A stretch of DNA of 64,000 nt, from NCBI GenBank assembly GCA_036172245.1, contig JAYWIR010000094.1:1-64000 (forward strand). The letters run 5' to 3'. Shown here piece after piece: positions 1 to 13,170 of this stretch. Under the pieces are notes generated by a model, which was not told where the DNA came from, made no database searches, and worked only from the letters and a program-made list of their open reading frames with translations. The first letter of the stretch is position 1; each line of letters opens with the position of its first letter. This DNA is from Raillietiella orientalis (taxonomy: Eukaryota). Position numbers and translations under genes: made by a program.

Positions 1-487
1 CCTCATCAGATTAATAATTAATTGTAATAAAAGCAGGCCGACGTTTTCTTAACTTCGGATTTCTGTATTGCAAGTTTTTTCCAGGAGTAAACTTTGCAAT
101 CTGTTATTGTATTAGCATCCCCTAAAGGTGGGAGTTGTGTTGCAACATTTTCCCTACTTGCCGCGTTTTTCAAATTGCAGGCCTTGAAAATACTTTGATC
201 CATAAGTGCAACAGCCATTTTAGAGTCATCAGTTGCCTTTTCAGGCACTTCATCAGCTGCCTGTTTTTATTATGAGTATGTGTATTCCAATTGTAACAGT
301 GTAGCCAAGACACTGTTCTATGTTTCTGCCCATGAAAGTGTATTCAACAGTGTTCATTCTGTTTGAGGTCAGCACGACTTGTTTCGCACCTTGATCGAAG
401 ACGTTCTGGCATAGCTTTCATATACTGTGATAGCTTGATATCTGGTAGTCAGAAATCGCAAACCCAAATACGTAACTGAACGAAGTA

Positions 488-525
<38 letters not shown>

Positions 526-649
526 CTTTGGTGCTAAAATGGCAACTGTTAATTGTTTTGTAGCCTGGCATCCATAAAAAGTAAAACCTGCAAGAAGTGC
601 CATTCATTTCTGCATCCTGGATTTTCCGCACAGTATAGATTGCGTTCAA
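1..649 (+). pseudogene. Truncated Rpp21 copy (3' part of intron 1, exon 2, 5' part of exon 3); begins before the window
   Basis: Reverse-complement homologue of ~46718-47315. Homology stops after ...YRLRS, before the second CxxC. The exon-2 acceptor is altered (TTTGAGG) and the donor site is overwritten by adapter sequence. Confidence 0.8.
467..522 (-). other. Oxford Nanopore ligation-adapter remnant plus A34 (sequencing/assembly artefact)
   Basis: 467-489 AATACGTAACTGAACGAAGTACA is the reverse complement of the ONT adapter core TGTACTTCGTTCAGTTACGTATT. It is followed by an A run at 489-522 and is absent from the homologous sites at ~11130, ~21335 and ~46846. Confidence 0.93.
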
Positions 650-1059
650 TCCATTGGGTTTGATTCATTGCAGAGTTCAAAGTTCATTGCTGTGTTCCAG
701 CGCAAAGATAGAGGGCAAGTAAGAGCAGGTGAGTGAGAAGGTACAACCTGCAGCTTAATAAGTAAAAGTGTGCACTCCGGCGTAGAAAGATGATAAAAGG
801 AGAAAGTAGAGAACGTTAAGACGACATTATCTTTGAAGCAAAAAGGATCATCAAGAGCACATTTGAATGTGGAAACGCGAAGTGGCTTCCGAATAGGCAA
901 TGTCCACATCTGGACTCAGTCTTCCCCGCTTACAAGAGGAAGACTCGAAGATGCGAGGGAATGCAGGAAGGCGGCAGTCCGTGTCCAGGCGATTCTGAAA
1001 GAATTCTGTACTTAAAGCAGTACGCGATAGGGAGTACGCAGGAAGGAAAACGGAACCAA

Positions 1060-3010
1060 GGATATGTGAGGATTCGTCAAGTAGGGCAACTTCTTTTCTA
1101 ACTGTTTCCTTTATTTCCTGGTAGCAAACCAATGCAGTCAAAGTGGAGTATCCTCTGGATGCTGTCTGTGGGAAGAGGAAGGCGTGCATTGCTGGCGGTA
1201 ACGGCAACTGAAGGGCGCGTGCACCGGTGGGCCGCAGAGAACACCACGAGGGATTGTGGCGCACCTGGATGCCCCGTATCCTTTGTCCAACCGTCCGCCC
1301 ACGGCAGAAAAAGGGTTGGAGCACCGCTGCGACCGAGTTGCCGTTCTGCCACCATCTCAGCGCATGCCATCTTTTTGCGGTGGAACGCCCGTCCTTTGCA
1401 GCTTCCCAGCAGCACCGAGCACGGTCAACTCTACAAGAATCGCTCAACAAAAGCACTCACCAGAAGTGTGCTGCACTCACCCGTTTTGAGCCTTCCTGTG
1501 CGGATGCTGCATGATGTGGACCACGCTTCTCCGTCGCGTCCGTGGTGCACTGTCGGGTGGACATCGCTCCAGGAATGCTCCAGGAACCAGCAAACTCGAC
1601 TGCCTTGCGGCAGTCAGTGGAATTGACATAAACGTTGCTTTGGTCGAGTGGCGCGTTGTGGTGAAGTGATGCACAGCATCACTGCTGAATAAAGAGGCAG
1701 GGCAGCAGCTTTGCCAAGAAAGTTTTAAGTGAATGGTTGGGTATTCGCCTACGCCCTTTATGGGCGACACGTCAACTTTGACGACAGCAGCTTGCAAGGC
1801 AGCGAACGTCACCGGGGAGGACTAGGTGAAGGCAATGGGGCTAACAGGGGGACTTCAGGGGATGAGGGGTGAGGGAGGAGCACGCACGAATGCGTAAACT
1901 CCGCGGTCCGTGAAACGGAGGCTAAAAAGCTCCTTGTTGGGCGACGGACGGAGGGCGGGAAGGCGAGCAGCTACTCGCGCGCCTCCTCGTCTAGCGAAGG
2001 AGCCGTGAGGGCAGCGTACAGGAATCTGGCGTAATCGCGAATCCTGAAAGCCGACAAAATAACCATGAGCACAGCAAACGAGCGCTGCCAGAAGTTCATG
2101 ATTCTTTTTTCTGATGGAAAGGGTTTCCGTGGTTACGCTCAAAGAGGGGAAGGCGGCCAGGCGCATGCGCCTCTGGCGTGGATCAACGTGCATTTCTGGC
2201 GCTCACCAAAGTAGCGTTCTGTCATGGAATTATGTGGAGGCGCTGAAAGAGCGAGGCCGCCAGCATGAACGATGTCCTGCGTTGTCTCCATGCTCCTATT
2301 GACTGCGCGTATTCACCTGGGGCTCCTTTTTTCCCGCCTTTTTGCATTTCCGTGGTTTTCAATGCTTTCTGAAACAATATTATCTTCCGAAAGACGGTGA
2401 CCGGAAAACCGACAAGCGCCAAAGCCCTGTTTGCGTGGAAGAAAAGGATTCACGAGTTGAGGAAGGAAGGGATGGATTTCTCTGTCCGTATTGGTGCACG
2501 GGATCGGAAACAGCTGAGAAAACCCTCTCTTTGTCGTGAAATGAGCAGCTCCTTTTTGTTCCATGTACACCCAGGAGAAAACGGCGGCATTTATGACGGC
2601 CTGTCTTCTAATTTTGGGCTTCTTTGGACATGGAATTATGAGTACTCGCTGCAAGGGCGTAGGCAATCGAGAGCCTTCTTTCGTGAACGCTCTTCTTGCG
2701 CCTCTCACATAGTGCAAGAGCTCACTATGGCGCTGGCGTTGTCTGCAGAATGGCGCATTCCGTAATGACTATTTTGTCTCCGGCTGTCGTTCTGCAGATT
2801 CTTTTCGTGCAACAACGCATTGCATTGCACGCAGGAAGGGGCGGGAATTGGTGGCGCCTGCCGATGGTACGAAGCAGAGGTGTTTTCATTCGTTTGTATT
2901 GCGGCTGCGTGCATTGACTGCTGTCGCCCGGCTTTCTTCTATTCTTTTTGATGCGTAATCGGAAGAGTGGTTTCCTTGACCCAGGCTTCGACCTGCAGTG
3001 ATGAGCTCGT
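1060..3010 (-). mobile_element. Family A LINE remnant (internally deleted)
   Basis: Reverse-complement homologue of 37850-40130, lacking ~310 bp at ~1798. Confidence 0.6.
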
Positions 3011-6000
3011 CTCCTCGTGCCTCTTAACTCTATGAGCACCTGTGTATACCTCAGCACTGGGGCCCTCTCGATTACTTCCCGAAGGATGCTCAGGAGCTCA
3101 CCCCAGCGCAACAGTCCCTTCAGTGCGGTACTTCGGGTCGCGGCATCAGCTCGCTGGCCCGTTGTCCAACCACTTTGCTCTTTCTCTGTACCTGAAATCC
3201 TACATCGGACCTCCCATTCCGCCGCCTGGCTACTACCCAAGTGCTCCCTGTGGTAGTCCCGCCTGTGCTGGGAGGACCAGCTAGTGTTACGTGTCTTACG
3301 GAGCAGAGAAAAGGAGAATCAGAAGACTTTGCCGAGTCGGAAGGCGACTTTGGTGATGGAAAATCTGCGTGAGACGAACGAAGGACTCCTCGCAGCCTGC
3401 AAAAGAAGGAGGATGCCCAGTCATCGTTGATGGCCTTTTTCCTGTCGATGACATTTGGAAAGCGGGAACTTGCAGCTGGGGAACATCAACGGACAGCCGT
3501 ACAGCGACGACTGCATTTTTCCACAAATTGTGGGAACAAAGAGGAAAAGCGGTCGGCAAAAGACCAAATTCTTCAAACACAGACAAAAACTAGAAGTGAA
3601 TGGAGTTTTGCACGTAAAGGATGCAATGTGAAATTCAGTTGTTCAGTAACTTCACGCCAACGCTTGTTCGTACCTGGGAGCATTGCTCGAGTGACAACAC
3701 TGTCGCTACGAACAAAATGGGGCTTTCAGCTGTCTGGTGCCCATCGGTGAAGGAGAGAGCTGCAACTGCCACCACTATTGCCGAAATGAAAAAGTTACTA
3801 CAATTATTTGGAATTTCAGGTTGGAATACTGGTGGGGATGGACGAATACTGGCTACTACTCGTCTTCAAAGGAAAGCGGAGCTCTGGAGTGCGCTGTGCG
3901 CATCCGCACGCGGAATTTTTCTTGCCTTGTCGAGCTCGGTGAGCCTCTCGTGTGGGACGCATTTGGACTTGTGGTAGCCCTGGGGTTCGCGGTCTGCCTA
4001 CTCGAGTGGGTGTTCGCGACGACGGCTTCTATGCTCGTCATGCTACTTGGCAACCTCGCTCTCTGCTTCTGTGCATGGTGTGAAATGAAGAATGATTCGG
4101 GAATGGCATGATGTCATTGAGGACGGGCGAGAAATCTGCCTTGCGGCTTCCGAATTCTGTATCATGTGGGTTGTGCTGCCAAGCGATCAGCGAAAGGCGG
4201 TAGTCTCTTGAATTTTTGGACTAGGAATGTAGGGACGAAATGAGGGGGGGAGGAATGAGGTGTTCGAGGCGTGAGAAGGCTGCGGAAGAACCTTTGGATG
4301 TCATCTTGACCGAATCTCACGCTCCTCAAAGAGATCTCCGCTTGCCGCCTGGAGGGGGCTGAGAGTTCGCGGTCGATCGTGGAGACGTCCCGTGCGCGAG
4401 CACGGCCTTTCTGCACTTTTCCCGCCGACGGTTCTCAGTGTGTGCCTGCGCAGCGGATTAAGCCTTCTTCACCGTCCAAATCTCAATCGGGGGTGCCGAG
4501 ACGTTCATTCATACGAAAATGAATATTTTCTATCCCTGCATTTGGACCGGTTTTCCAGCCACGTTTATTCCAACCTCCGGGTCACGGGTTGCAGACTGGT
4601 GGGGTCCTTCATAACAGCATAAAGGAGGGGCCAAGACAAACAAACAGCGAAATTAAAAGAAAGAATTTCAGGGTGGACGGGCTGCTCAAGTGAGGAGGTG
4701 CGCAGTGGCGGCTGGACCTGAGGCTGTGCGGCGTCAGGGATGCGGCATAAGGGAAGGAGAAGCCGGGTGTTACCCTAATGCTGTCGACTGCCAGATGGTC
4801 CGCCATGTTGAGTCGCGACGAAGACGCAGTACACCCTGACCCTATCGCGTTAAGGAGGGTTGGTTTTCGTCGCACAACTGCGCCAGCGGCCTCCGGGCAG
4901 GCTGTGGTCGCGGTTGCGCCTTCCATACTGCATCGTCGTGGCAGCCGGTGGTGCATCCACCACCTCGAGGTCGTGCTCAGTCGCTCGACATCGGACGTCC
5001 GTGAGCTTTCATCTGACCTTCCCTAGTTGCAGATCTCAGGGCACACAGGCGACCTGGAGGCGAAACGGAGAGAAGGTCGACGCCTGCTTGGAGGTTGCGA
5101 GCTTCTCCGAGGGTGGACGCTGATGCGACGCGATGATATCTCATCTAGCGGTATAACTGGAAACGGAATGGAAATGGAGCTGCTGGACGCACCGGAAATG
5201 CACGGGACTGCGGGGGAGTCGCCGCCCCGCGCCTGTGTGTAGCAACCGTAGCGCCCAGTTTCCGCGAGTTCCACTCGACTCCGTGGCAGCTCGCTCTGCT
5301 CTCGAATCCACGCCCAGCAACAGCTTTGCGACGATTTTGGTTCGGCGCTTGTCTGGTCGCTTGGTGTCTGTTCAGGGAGAACTGGGATCGCCGACGCCTC
5401 CTTCTGCCACCCCAAGTTCGGACGGGTCACTCGCGTCTCGAAAGGCACGTCCGCTCCCCATCGAGGATGTTGCGTGGAATGAGTGCTGCGAATCGCCGGA
5501 TAGTTCGTTTCCATGGGTATCGAATTACGGCGTCCCCCCTCATCCGCTCATGCTGGATATTTCGACTGCTGCCTTGTTGGTCAAATAACCACTTTTCCCG
5601 TGGTAACCGCCCTTTGTAGCTTCGAAGCAGGAATGACCTGAGTCAATGTATCGTTCATCGCTGCCGCTGGCCGGTAGCCCTGGTTGCAAGCCTGCGGGGA
5701 AACGCGCGCTCGTCTTCAAATCCCGACGGATCCGCTTGCTTTGACTTGCAGCGGCTTCCCGTCTGCGGCCTTTGCCCTTCTCACTTGGTGAATCGGGGAC
5801 TGCAGGAGGTTTCCTGCATTTGCAGGCTGGAAAGGACTTTTCTTCTTTGCTATGAAATGTGGTCACTCAAGATGATGACCATCACTTCTTGCATAGAGCG
5901 GATGGGTAAAACGTGAGTGTGCTCTCGTTGACCTGTGGTCAGGGAAGCAGCGAGCAGCGCGAACCGCCCATAGTGGGGAATGATACATCCGTCGTATGGA

Positions 6001-6759
6001 TCTAGCGTGCGTCTGTTCGACGCGCGTACCAAGTACGTCTTCTACCCCATCCCGGGACTTTGCGCTGCTGCGCTCTTGGCGTGCATACCCACTTCCCGCA
6101 TGATTCCGCAGGTAGGGTGATGCGCATTCCGTCAACAGCTCGCTGGCAGCTCAAGCTTACGTCACGGACGACGGTAGCCTGCGATGCTGAATCTTGCGCG
6201 TGCGATTTGCGTGCTTGCGCGGAGTGGCCGTTGCTCCTTCAAGGCGTGAACCATCAGCAACTTGGAAGCATTTTTGCAAGAGCACATCTTTCAAACAATT
6301 ACGAAAAGGAGAGACTCTTGAAGAAAAGTAGCTGGCACCGGCACAGTCAAGCACTGAATTGGGAGCGCCCATGGAGTGGGAAGTGAAAGTAGATATGGAA
6401 GAGGGTACCCACACCGGTCTAGCCGCAAAGATTTCGAAAGAAAGGACATGAACCTTGGGGGACAGGTGATGATTATCACTTGGTTATGCCGTGGGATTTG
6501 TTACTTGAAGGATAAGAATACATGCTGTGGTAGAACCATCGGTTCTACCACGCGCAATGAACCTGCTGACGACCGGTACGCAGTCCGCCGAGGTCCGCTA
6601 CAACAGCGTAGGGTGAAAGAAAACAAAGACAAAACGGGGGAGAAGGATTTCTACAAGGAAGGGCAAATCGAGGAAGGGATCACGGTACGCTGCAGGGCGT
6701 TTTCGGCATCCTGTCCAGTAGGCTGGCAATTTCCGTCAGGATAGTTTCCTGGTGAGGCC

Positions 6760-9260
6760 ATCACGAGGCGGTCCTCAGAAAGACTCGCGCTCAGGGGATG
6801 CTCTCAGGACGAACGTTCCGAATGCTTCTTCCAAAGTTTCAGGTTGCCATGATCCTGAGAAGATAGAACAGAGCTGAGAGGGGCGCGGCTGGTGTCAGAG
6901 GGGCACGCGAGGAGTTTGGAAATGTCCCTGGAATCGCCCGCCGAAGTTTTCAGGATCGTCGCGAGGCGATGCTCAAGCAGCTAAAGGGTAGCACAGCCCA
7001 ACAGCAAGTGCGAGAAGGTCTCCTTCTTCGCACACCTGCCACACTTAGCGGCCACACTGTGTCCAGTGTGCCTGGCGCGCTTTTGCACGGGATTCCTCCA
7101 AGCAACACCAGCAGCGACGACTCTTGCCGCTTGAGGGAAGGGCGCCGCTCTTCCAGCAAGGTAGGGTGCCCTTCACCTCCTCCGAACGGACGCCAAGGAG
7201 CTCTCCTCATGCTACAAGTGCATGCAGCCCACCCCATTCACGGTCACAACGTCCACCACTTCGCGAGTTGTCCAACTGCGCGGAAGTTTCTCGTTTGCTG
7301 CCATCCAGCACGTCAGTTCTCACGTCTCTTGGATGACGCAGACTTTGGCGTCTCTCAGGAAAAACAGCAGTGGACAAAGGGAGAGAAACGAGAACCACTG
7401 CATCTTCTGCAAGTTGAGGACGATCTTCTTCAACGACTGAGGATTGTTCGCGCATCGCTCGCTTCGTGGAATTTCCCCCAGGAAAAAAGCGACTCCTGGA
7501 TAGAAGAAGTGTAGTTTGCAACGAGGCACATCTGGGTGATCTCCTCTACCAGGGAAACCATCTGTCGGAGTTGGCGGGTACCTGGAACGTGTCAGCGCTT
7601 TCCCGCGAGCGACTAGGAGGGATGTGCGTTCTTCGCAGCCGGTTGACATCTTCTCGAGCAGCCGTGTTGCATAGCACCAAGGCGTTGTCCATAGTTTCGC
7701 AAAGAGGACGAGTCTTCTGAGTTTCCGCTGACACTGCATACCCTCCAGTGTAAGGAGGGCTAGTTCGCCTGCCTTACGTGAAGGAGCGCTGATGAGTACG
7801 TCCGCAAACGGCGCTTTCTGTGGAGAGAACCAAGGAATTTCCACGGAGGCGCCGGCAGCGTGTGGTATTTGCCTTCAAGATTCCCCTCACGACCATCTTT
7901 GGAGTTTTCACAGGTAGGCTTAGGGCTCCTTCCACGTCCATCCGTTCCGTCCATTGACCTCGAACGCTGCTATCCAGAACACATGGAACATCAGGCATCC
8001 CGGAACAGGGGAAGCTCATTTGAGATCTTCTTGCCGTCCTCGCCAGTCACGGAAACCGGCGCACTCGAGGGGCACCCGAAACACCGCGGTGTTCCTGAGA
8101 CAATGACTTGGGAGAGCAGGAGCTATACAGGAAGTTTCTCATTGTAGAAACGCCTTCTTGGACTATGAGGTTGTCTTTCTACGAGCCGGAAATGCATAAG
8201 GACACGGATGCAGAGAGCGCGACTCCCATCGGAGTGTAGCTGGGAGCTCAACGTCGCAGCTCGAGATCTCCGTGGAACCCTCACCTTCTACCAGTAAGCT
8301 TAGTTTGCCTCTTACGCACTGGGATGCGCTGTGAAGTGACCACATGATCGTAGGGACCGACTGCTCTTCCTGAATGTAGGAAGCAACATGCAGGGGCTGC
8401 TCAGGCAAGAGTTTTGTCATGTTAGGGATTGCGAATGCTTCCCGGTGACCTGTTACGGGTCGCAGTAACAGGATCAAACACGCATTCCACGATCCTCAGC
8501 AGCGGATTCCCAACCGTGAGGGTGTGTAGGAGTTTGCTTGACAACTCGGTCCATCCTGCCATACTGCATTCGGTTCCATGAACTCAAGAATCGCAGGTAG
8601 TTAGAGCACCCGCTTTCTCAAACCAAAAGTCAGTATCAACAGGATGCATGGCCTAGAGGACGCTTCCCTAGGAGATGACAGAAGCGGAAATTCCTCTAGT
8701 CTCACCTTTGTCTACCCATCCTTGCTGCAGTCCTTTGAGAACAACACCAGTCGGAAAGCTCATGGAGTTCGAATTCGGAGAGCAATACGGGAAGCATTTC
8801 GAGTGAGATACAGGACTGATGCGAGGGATCGATCAGCAATGGAACGGAAAAAGAACGGAGAGGATGAACAAGGAGTTCGCTCCGACTCTACATTGGGTGC
8901 GAATGGCCTTAGCGTTCCCGTCAGAATGTCACGGGTAAAGCGTCGCAAATCGCTTGCAGATGCGCGGATGGGCATCTGCAAGCGTTCCTGAGACACGAAA
9001 GTTCTAGATGGAATTCCGCTACGTGCAACAGCCGCTAGGCAACGAGAGACTAGGCTACAAAGCTGTGGGATTCACGAAAGACGGAAGGAATGAGAATTCA
9101 ATCACCCGCTGCGTTACTACTCCAAGCAGCTGGAAGCGGAGATCTCTATTCACTTCCGACTGATGACTTTGCGTGAAGATCATAGAGAAGCAGTGGTAGA
9201 TGAGAAGGCGGGAGCACCTTAGCCTGTCGGGAAAGAATCGATGGAACATGTCCAAGGATA
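6760..9260 (-). mobile_element. Decayed L1/Tx1-like ORF2 3' half (family C: RT remnant plus C-terminal CCHC finger)
   Basis: KCGRCAKKETFSHLLLGC at ~7047-6993 fits Cx2C-x3-E(T/S)xxHL-x3-C (zf-RVT type). Upstream, 'LISAPSRKAGELALLTL' is the P..GGLGL-like block. Many stops and frameshifts; the 5' boundary is approximate. Confidence 0.7.
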
Positions 9261-10098
9261 TCAGGCGAGCCCAAGGAAAATGAAGCGCTGTCTGTTAGTG
9301 CATAACAATTCATTTCGGGTGTGCAACCTTTTGAAATGTTATACGGTTTGATTATGTCAACATTCCAACTGAATCCTGTGCACAAAGCGCTTTGGAATAT
9401 CTGTAAATTATTCCGCAAACCATGAATTTTATTTACGATATAAGCATTCATCCAAAGGTTGCGATAAATTACCTACTTGCAATTCCTCGTATGAGATTCC
9501 TCGTAAGAGAACTTGGAAGTTCTAGCGTTTGACAATTCGGAAATACTCGCAGCTTACTAAGAGCAAATTAACAGTTTAAAACATAAATTGAAGGGCTGAA
9601 TAAGTGCTGATTTTTGGCATCTCTCAATAAAAAGAGAAAACCTGACTGCGAATGACATGGCCTTCAAGCAGATTATCATGTATGCTCAGCTTTCGAATTG
9701 AGAGAAGCAGTTCCGAGAACACGATGGGATCTTTACGAAAGAGTCACAATGATCTTTTTATTACAAATGTAGAATTTCTCTTTTCTGCAATCGAAAATCG
9801 AGAGCAATCGTGAAGTGTCGATATATATTTACGTGACGTGCTGCGATATTAGAACATAACTATGTAAGAAAGAGTGTTTTCAGAAACTCGGATGATGTTC
9901 TTTGGTTTGCTTTGTCATATTGCTCCTGGTTTTCTCGAAGAGCATTGCTCGCATTTGGTAACCCTTATTCGTTTCTGTGCTGAAGGCTGCGCCGCCGAGT
10001 TGCATGCGGAAAGTCTGTCAAACAGTGGGAATGTGCGCAGCGAGCCGCACCAACCGGTGCTCGGCCACCCTTTCCCTGTTTTCAGAGCGTCTTGTGTG

Positions 10099-11253
10099 AT
10101 GGCCAAAGGATGCAAAAAGAATCAGAACAGATACATGCAAAGGCGTATTCATCATTGATTCCAGGTATACGAAAGTGTTCTTGAAACGTCAGTTACCATG
10201 AGTTTGTTCAATTGTTTTTGAAAATTATTTCATGGTGCTTTATGTTTGAGGTTCGTATTCCTGTAGTCAAGAAATTTGTATTCGTTAAGAAAGTGCTTCA
10301 GTTTTGGTTTATTTTATCATGTGAATTAGTCTCTAACTATTTATGCATGCCAGTGGGGCCTCAAACTAAAGTTGAATCACATGAAGCAAATATTGTGCGA
10401 ATCAGGTCATGTCATCTGGGTTGTAATTTGAGTGAATTCAGCATTTCCTACTTAAGTGTGACCCCACATGTGGATGCATTTGTTGTAAAGTTCAAAGTTG
10501 CACTGAACTTTTCCCTCTTTCCTAATAGAATCACTCACAATTTGAATTTGCCACCAAAAAAGTTGGAAGCATTAATAAAAGCATTTGTTGTTTTTTATCA
10601 AGTGTAAGATTATTTACCATTGCAAGTTTGCCTGGAGGATTTTTATTTGCTGCTCGTGTACCTCATCAGTTTAATAATTAATTGTAATAAAAGCAGGCCG
10701 ACGTTTTCTTAACTTCGGATTTCTGTATTGCAAGTTTTTTCCAGGAGTAAACTTTGCAATCTGTTATTGTATTAGCATCCCCTAAAGGTGGGAGTTGTGT
10801 TGCAACATTTTCCCTACTTGCCGCGTTTTTCAAATTGCAGGCCTTGAAAATACTTTGATCCATAAGTGCAACAGCCATTTTAGAGTCATCAGTTGCCTTT
10901 TCAGGCACTTCATCAGCTGCCTGTTTTTATTATGAGTATGTGTATTCCAATTGTAACAGTGTAGCCAAGACACTGTTCTATGTTTCTGCCCATGAAAGTG
11001 TATTCAACAGTGTTCATTCTGTTTGAAGTCAGCACAACTTGTTTCGCACCCTGATCGAAGACGTTCTGGCATAGCTTTCATATACTGTGATAGCTTGATA
11101 TCTGGTAGTCAGAAATCGCAAACCCAAATCTTTGGTGCTAAAATGGCAACTGTTAATTGTTTTGTAGCCTGGCATCCATAAAAAGTAAAACCTGCAAGAA
11201 GTGCCATTCATTTCTGCATCCTGGATTTTCCGCACAGTATAGATTGCGTTCAA
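10099..11253 (+). pseudogene. Rpp21 pseudogene copy
   Basis: Exon 1 reads MAKGCKKNQNRYMQRRIHH* (TTA>TGA at 10156-10158). The intron-2 donor GTAAGTA is deleted at ~11130. Exon 3 is truncated after CKKC...YRLRS. Confidence 0.85.
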
Positions 11254-11663
11254 TCCATTGGGTTTGATTCATTGCAGAGTTCAAAGTTCATTGCTGTGTT
11301 CCAGCGCAAAGATAGAGGGCAAGTAAGAGCAGGTGAGTGAGAAGGTACAACCTGCAGCTTAATAAGTAAAAGTGTGCACTCCGGCGTAGAAAGATGATAA
11401 AAGGAGAAAGTAGAGAACGTTAAGACGACATTATCTTTGAAGCAAAAAGGATCATCAAGAGCACATTTGAATGTGGAAACGCGAAGTGGCTTCCGAATAG
11501 GCAATGTCCACATCTGGACTCAGTCTTCCCCGCTTACAAGAGGAAGACTCGAAGATGCGAGGGAATGCAGGAAGGCGGCAGTCCGTGTCCAGGCGATTCT
11601 GAAAGAATTCTGTACTTAAAGCAGTACGCGATAGGGAGTACGCAGGAAGGAAAACGGAACCAA

Positions 11664-13170
11664 GGATATGTGAGGATTCGTCAAGTAGGGCAACTTCTTT
11701 TCTAACTGTTTCCTTTATTTCCTGGTAGCAAACCAATGCAGTCAAAGTGGAGTATCCTCTGGATGCTGTCTGTGGGAAGAGGAAGGCGTGCATTGCTGGC
11801 GGTAACGGCAACTGAAGGGCGCGTGCACCGGTGGGCCGCAGAGAACACCACGAGGGATTGTGGCGCACCTGGATGCCCCGTATCCTTTGTCCAACCGTCC
11901 GCCCACGGCAGAAAAAGGGTTGGAGCACCGCTGCGACCGAGTTGCCGTTCTGCCACCATCTCAGCGCATGCCATCTTTTTGCGGTGGAACGCCCGTCCTT
12001 TGCAGCTTCCCAGCAGCACCGAGCACGGTCAACTCTACAAGAATCGCTCAACAAAAGCACTCACCAGAAGTGTGCTGCACTCACCCGTTTTGAGCCTTCC
12101 TGTGCGGATGCTGCATGATGTGGACCACGCTTCTCCGTCGCGTCCGTGGTGCACTGTCGGGTGGACATCGCTCCAGGAATGCTCCAGGAACCAGCAAACT
12201 CGACTGCCTTGCGGCAGTCAGTGGAATTGACATAAACGTTGCTTTGGTCGAGTGGCGCGTTGTGGTGAAGTGATGCACAGCATCACTGCTGAATAAAGAG
12301 GCAGGGCAGCAGCCAGGCGCATGCGCCTCTGGCGTGGTTCAACGTGCATTTCTGGCGCTCACCGAAGTAGCGTTCTGTCATGGAATTCTGTGGAGGCGCT
12401 GAAAGAGCGTGGCCGCCAACATCAACGATGTCCTGCTTTCTCTCCATGCTCCTATTGACTGCGCGTATTCACCTGGAGCTCCTTTTTTCCCTCCTTTTTG
12501 CATCCCCGTGGTTTTCAAGGCTCTCTGAAGTAATATTATCTTCCGAAAGACGGTGACCGGAAAACCGTCAAGCGCCAAAGCCCTGTTTGCGTGGAAGAAA
12601 AGGCTTCACGAGTTGAGGAAGGTAGGGAATTGATTTCTCTTTCTGTATTGGTGCACGGGATCGAAAACAGCTGAGAAAACCTTCTCTTTGTCATGGAATG
12701 GGCAGCTGCTCTTTGTTCCATGTACACCCAGGAGAAAACGGCTGCATTTATGACGCTCTGTCTTCTAATTTTGGGGCTCTTTCGACATGGAATTGTAAGT
12801 CGGCGCTGCAAGGGCGTAGGCAATCGAGAGCCTTCTTTCGTGAACGCTCTTCTTGCGCCTCTCACATAGTGCAAGAGCTCACTATGGCGCTGGCGTTGTC
12901 TGCAGAATGGCGCATTCCGTGATGATATTTTTGTCTCCCGCTGCCGTTGTGCAGATTCTTTCCGTGCAACAACGCATTGCATTGCACGCAGGAAGGGGGA
13001 GCATTTGTGGCGCCTGCCGATGGTACGAAGCAGAGGTGTTTCCATTGGGTTTGTATTGCGGCTGCGTGGATTGATGTCTGTCGCCCGGCTTTCTTCTATT
13101 CTTTTTGATGCGTAATCGGAAGAGTGGTTTCCTTGACCCAGGCTTCGATCTGCAGTAATGATCTCGTCTC
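11664..13170 (-). mobile_element. Family A LINE remnant (larger internal deletion)
   Basis: As above, with a further ~447 bp missing at ~12313 relative to unit 1. Confidence 0.6.

Larger units (their letters stand above)
1..10660 (+). repeat. Tandem segmental duplication, unit 1 (phase set arbitrarily by the window start)
   Basis: Position 1 recurs at 10661 and 20866. Identical ORF translations recur, e.g. 18..248 = 10678..10908 and 9874..10158 = 20079..20363. Confidence 0.97.

Noticed and set aside
470..528. Poly(A) retro-insertion or SINE with an AAGTAC target-site duplication
   Set aside because: The inserted sequence is the nanopore adapter reverse complement, so it is an artefact.
7785..7816. 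CTGATGAG...AAAC resembling a hammerhead ribozyme core (similar words at ~47306 and ~53459)
   Set aside because: There is no GAAA after a credible stem II and no stems I/III. The 7785 instance is simply antisense LINE coding sequence.
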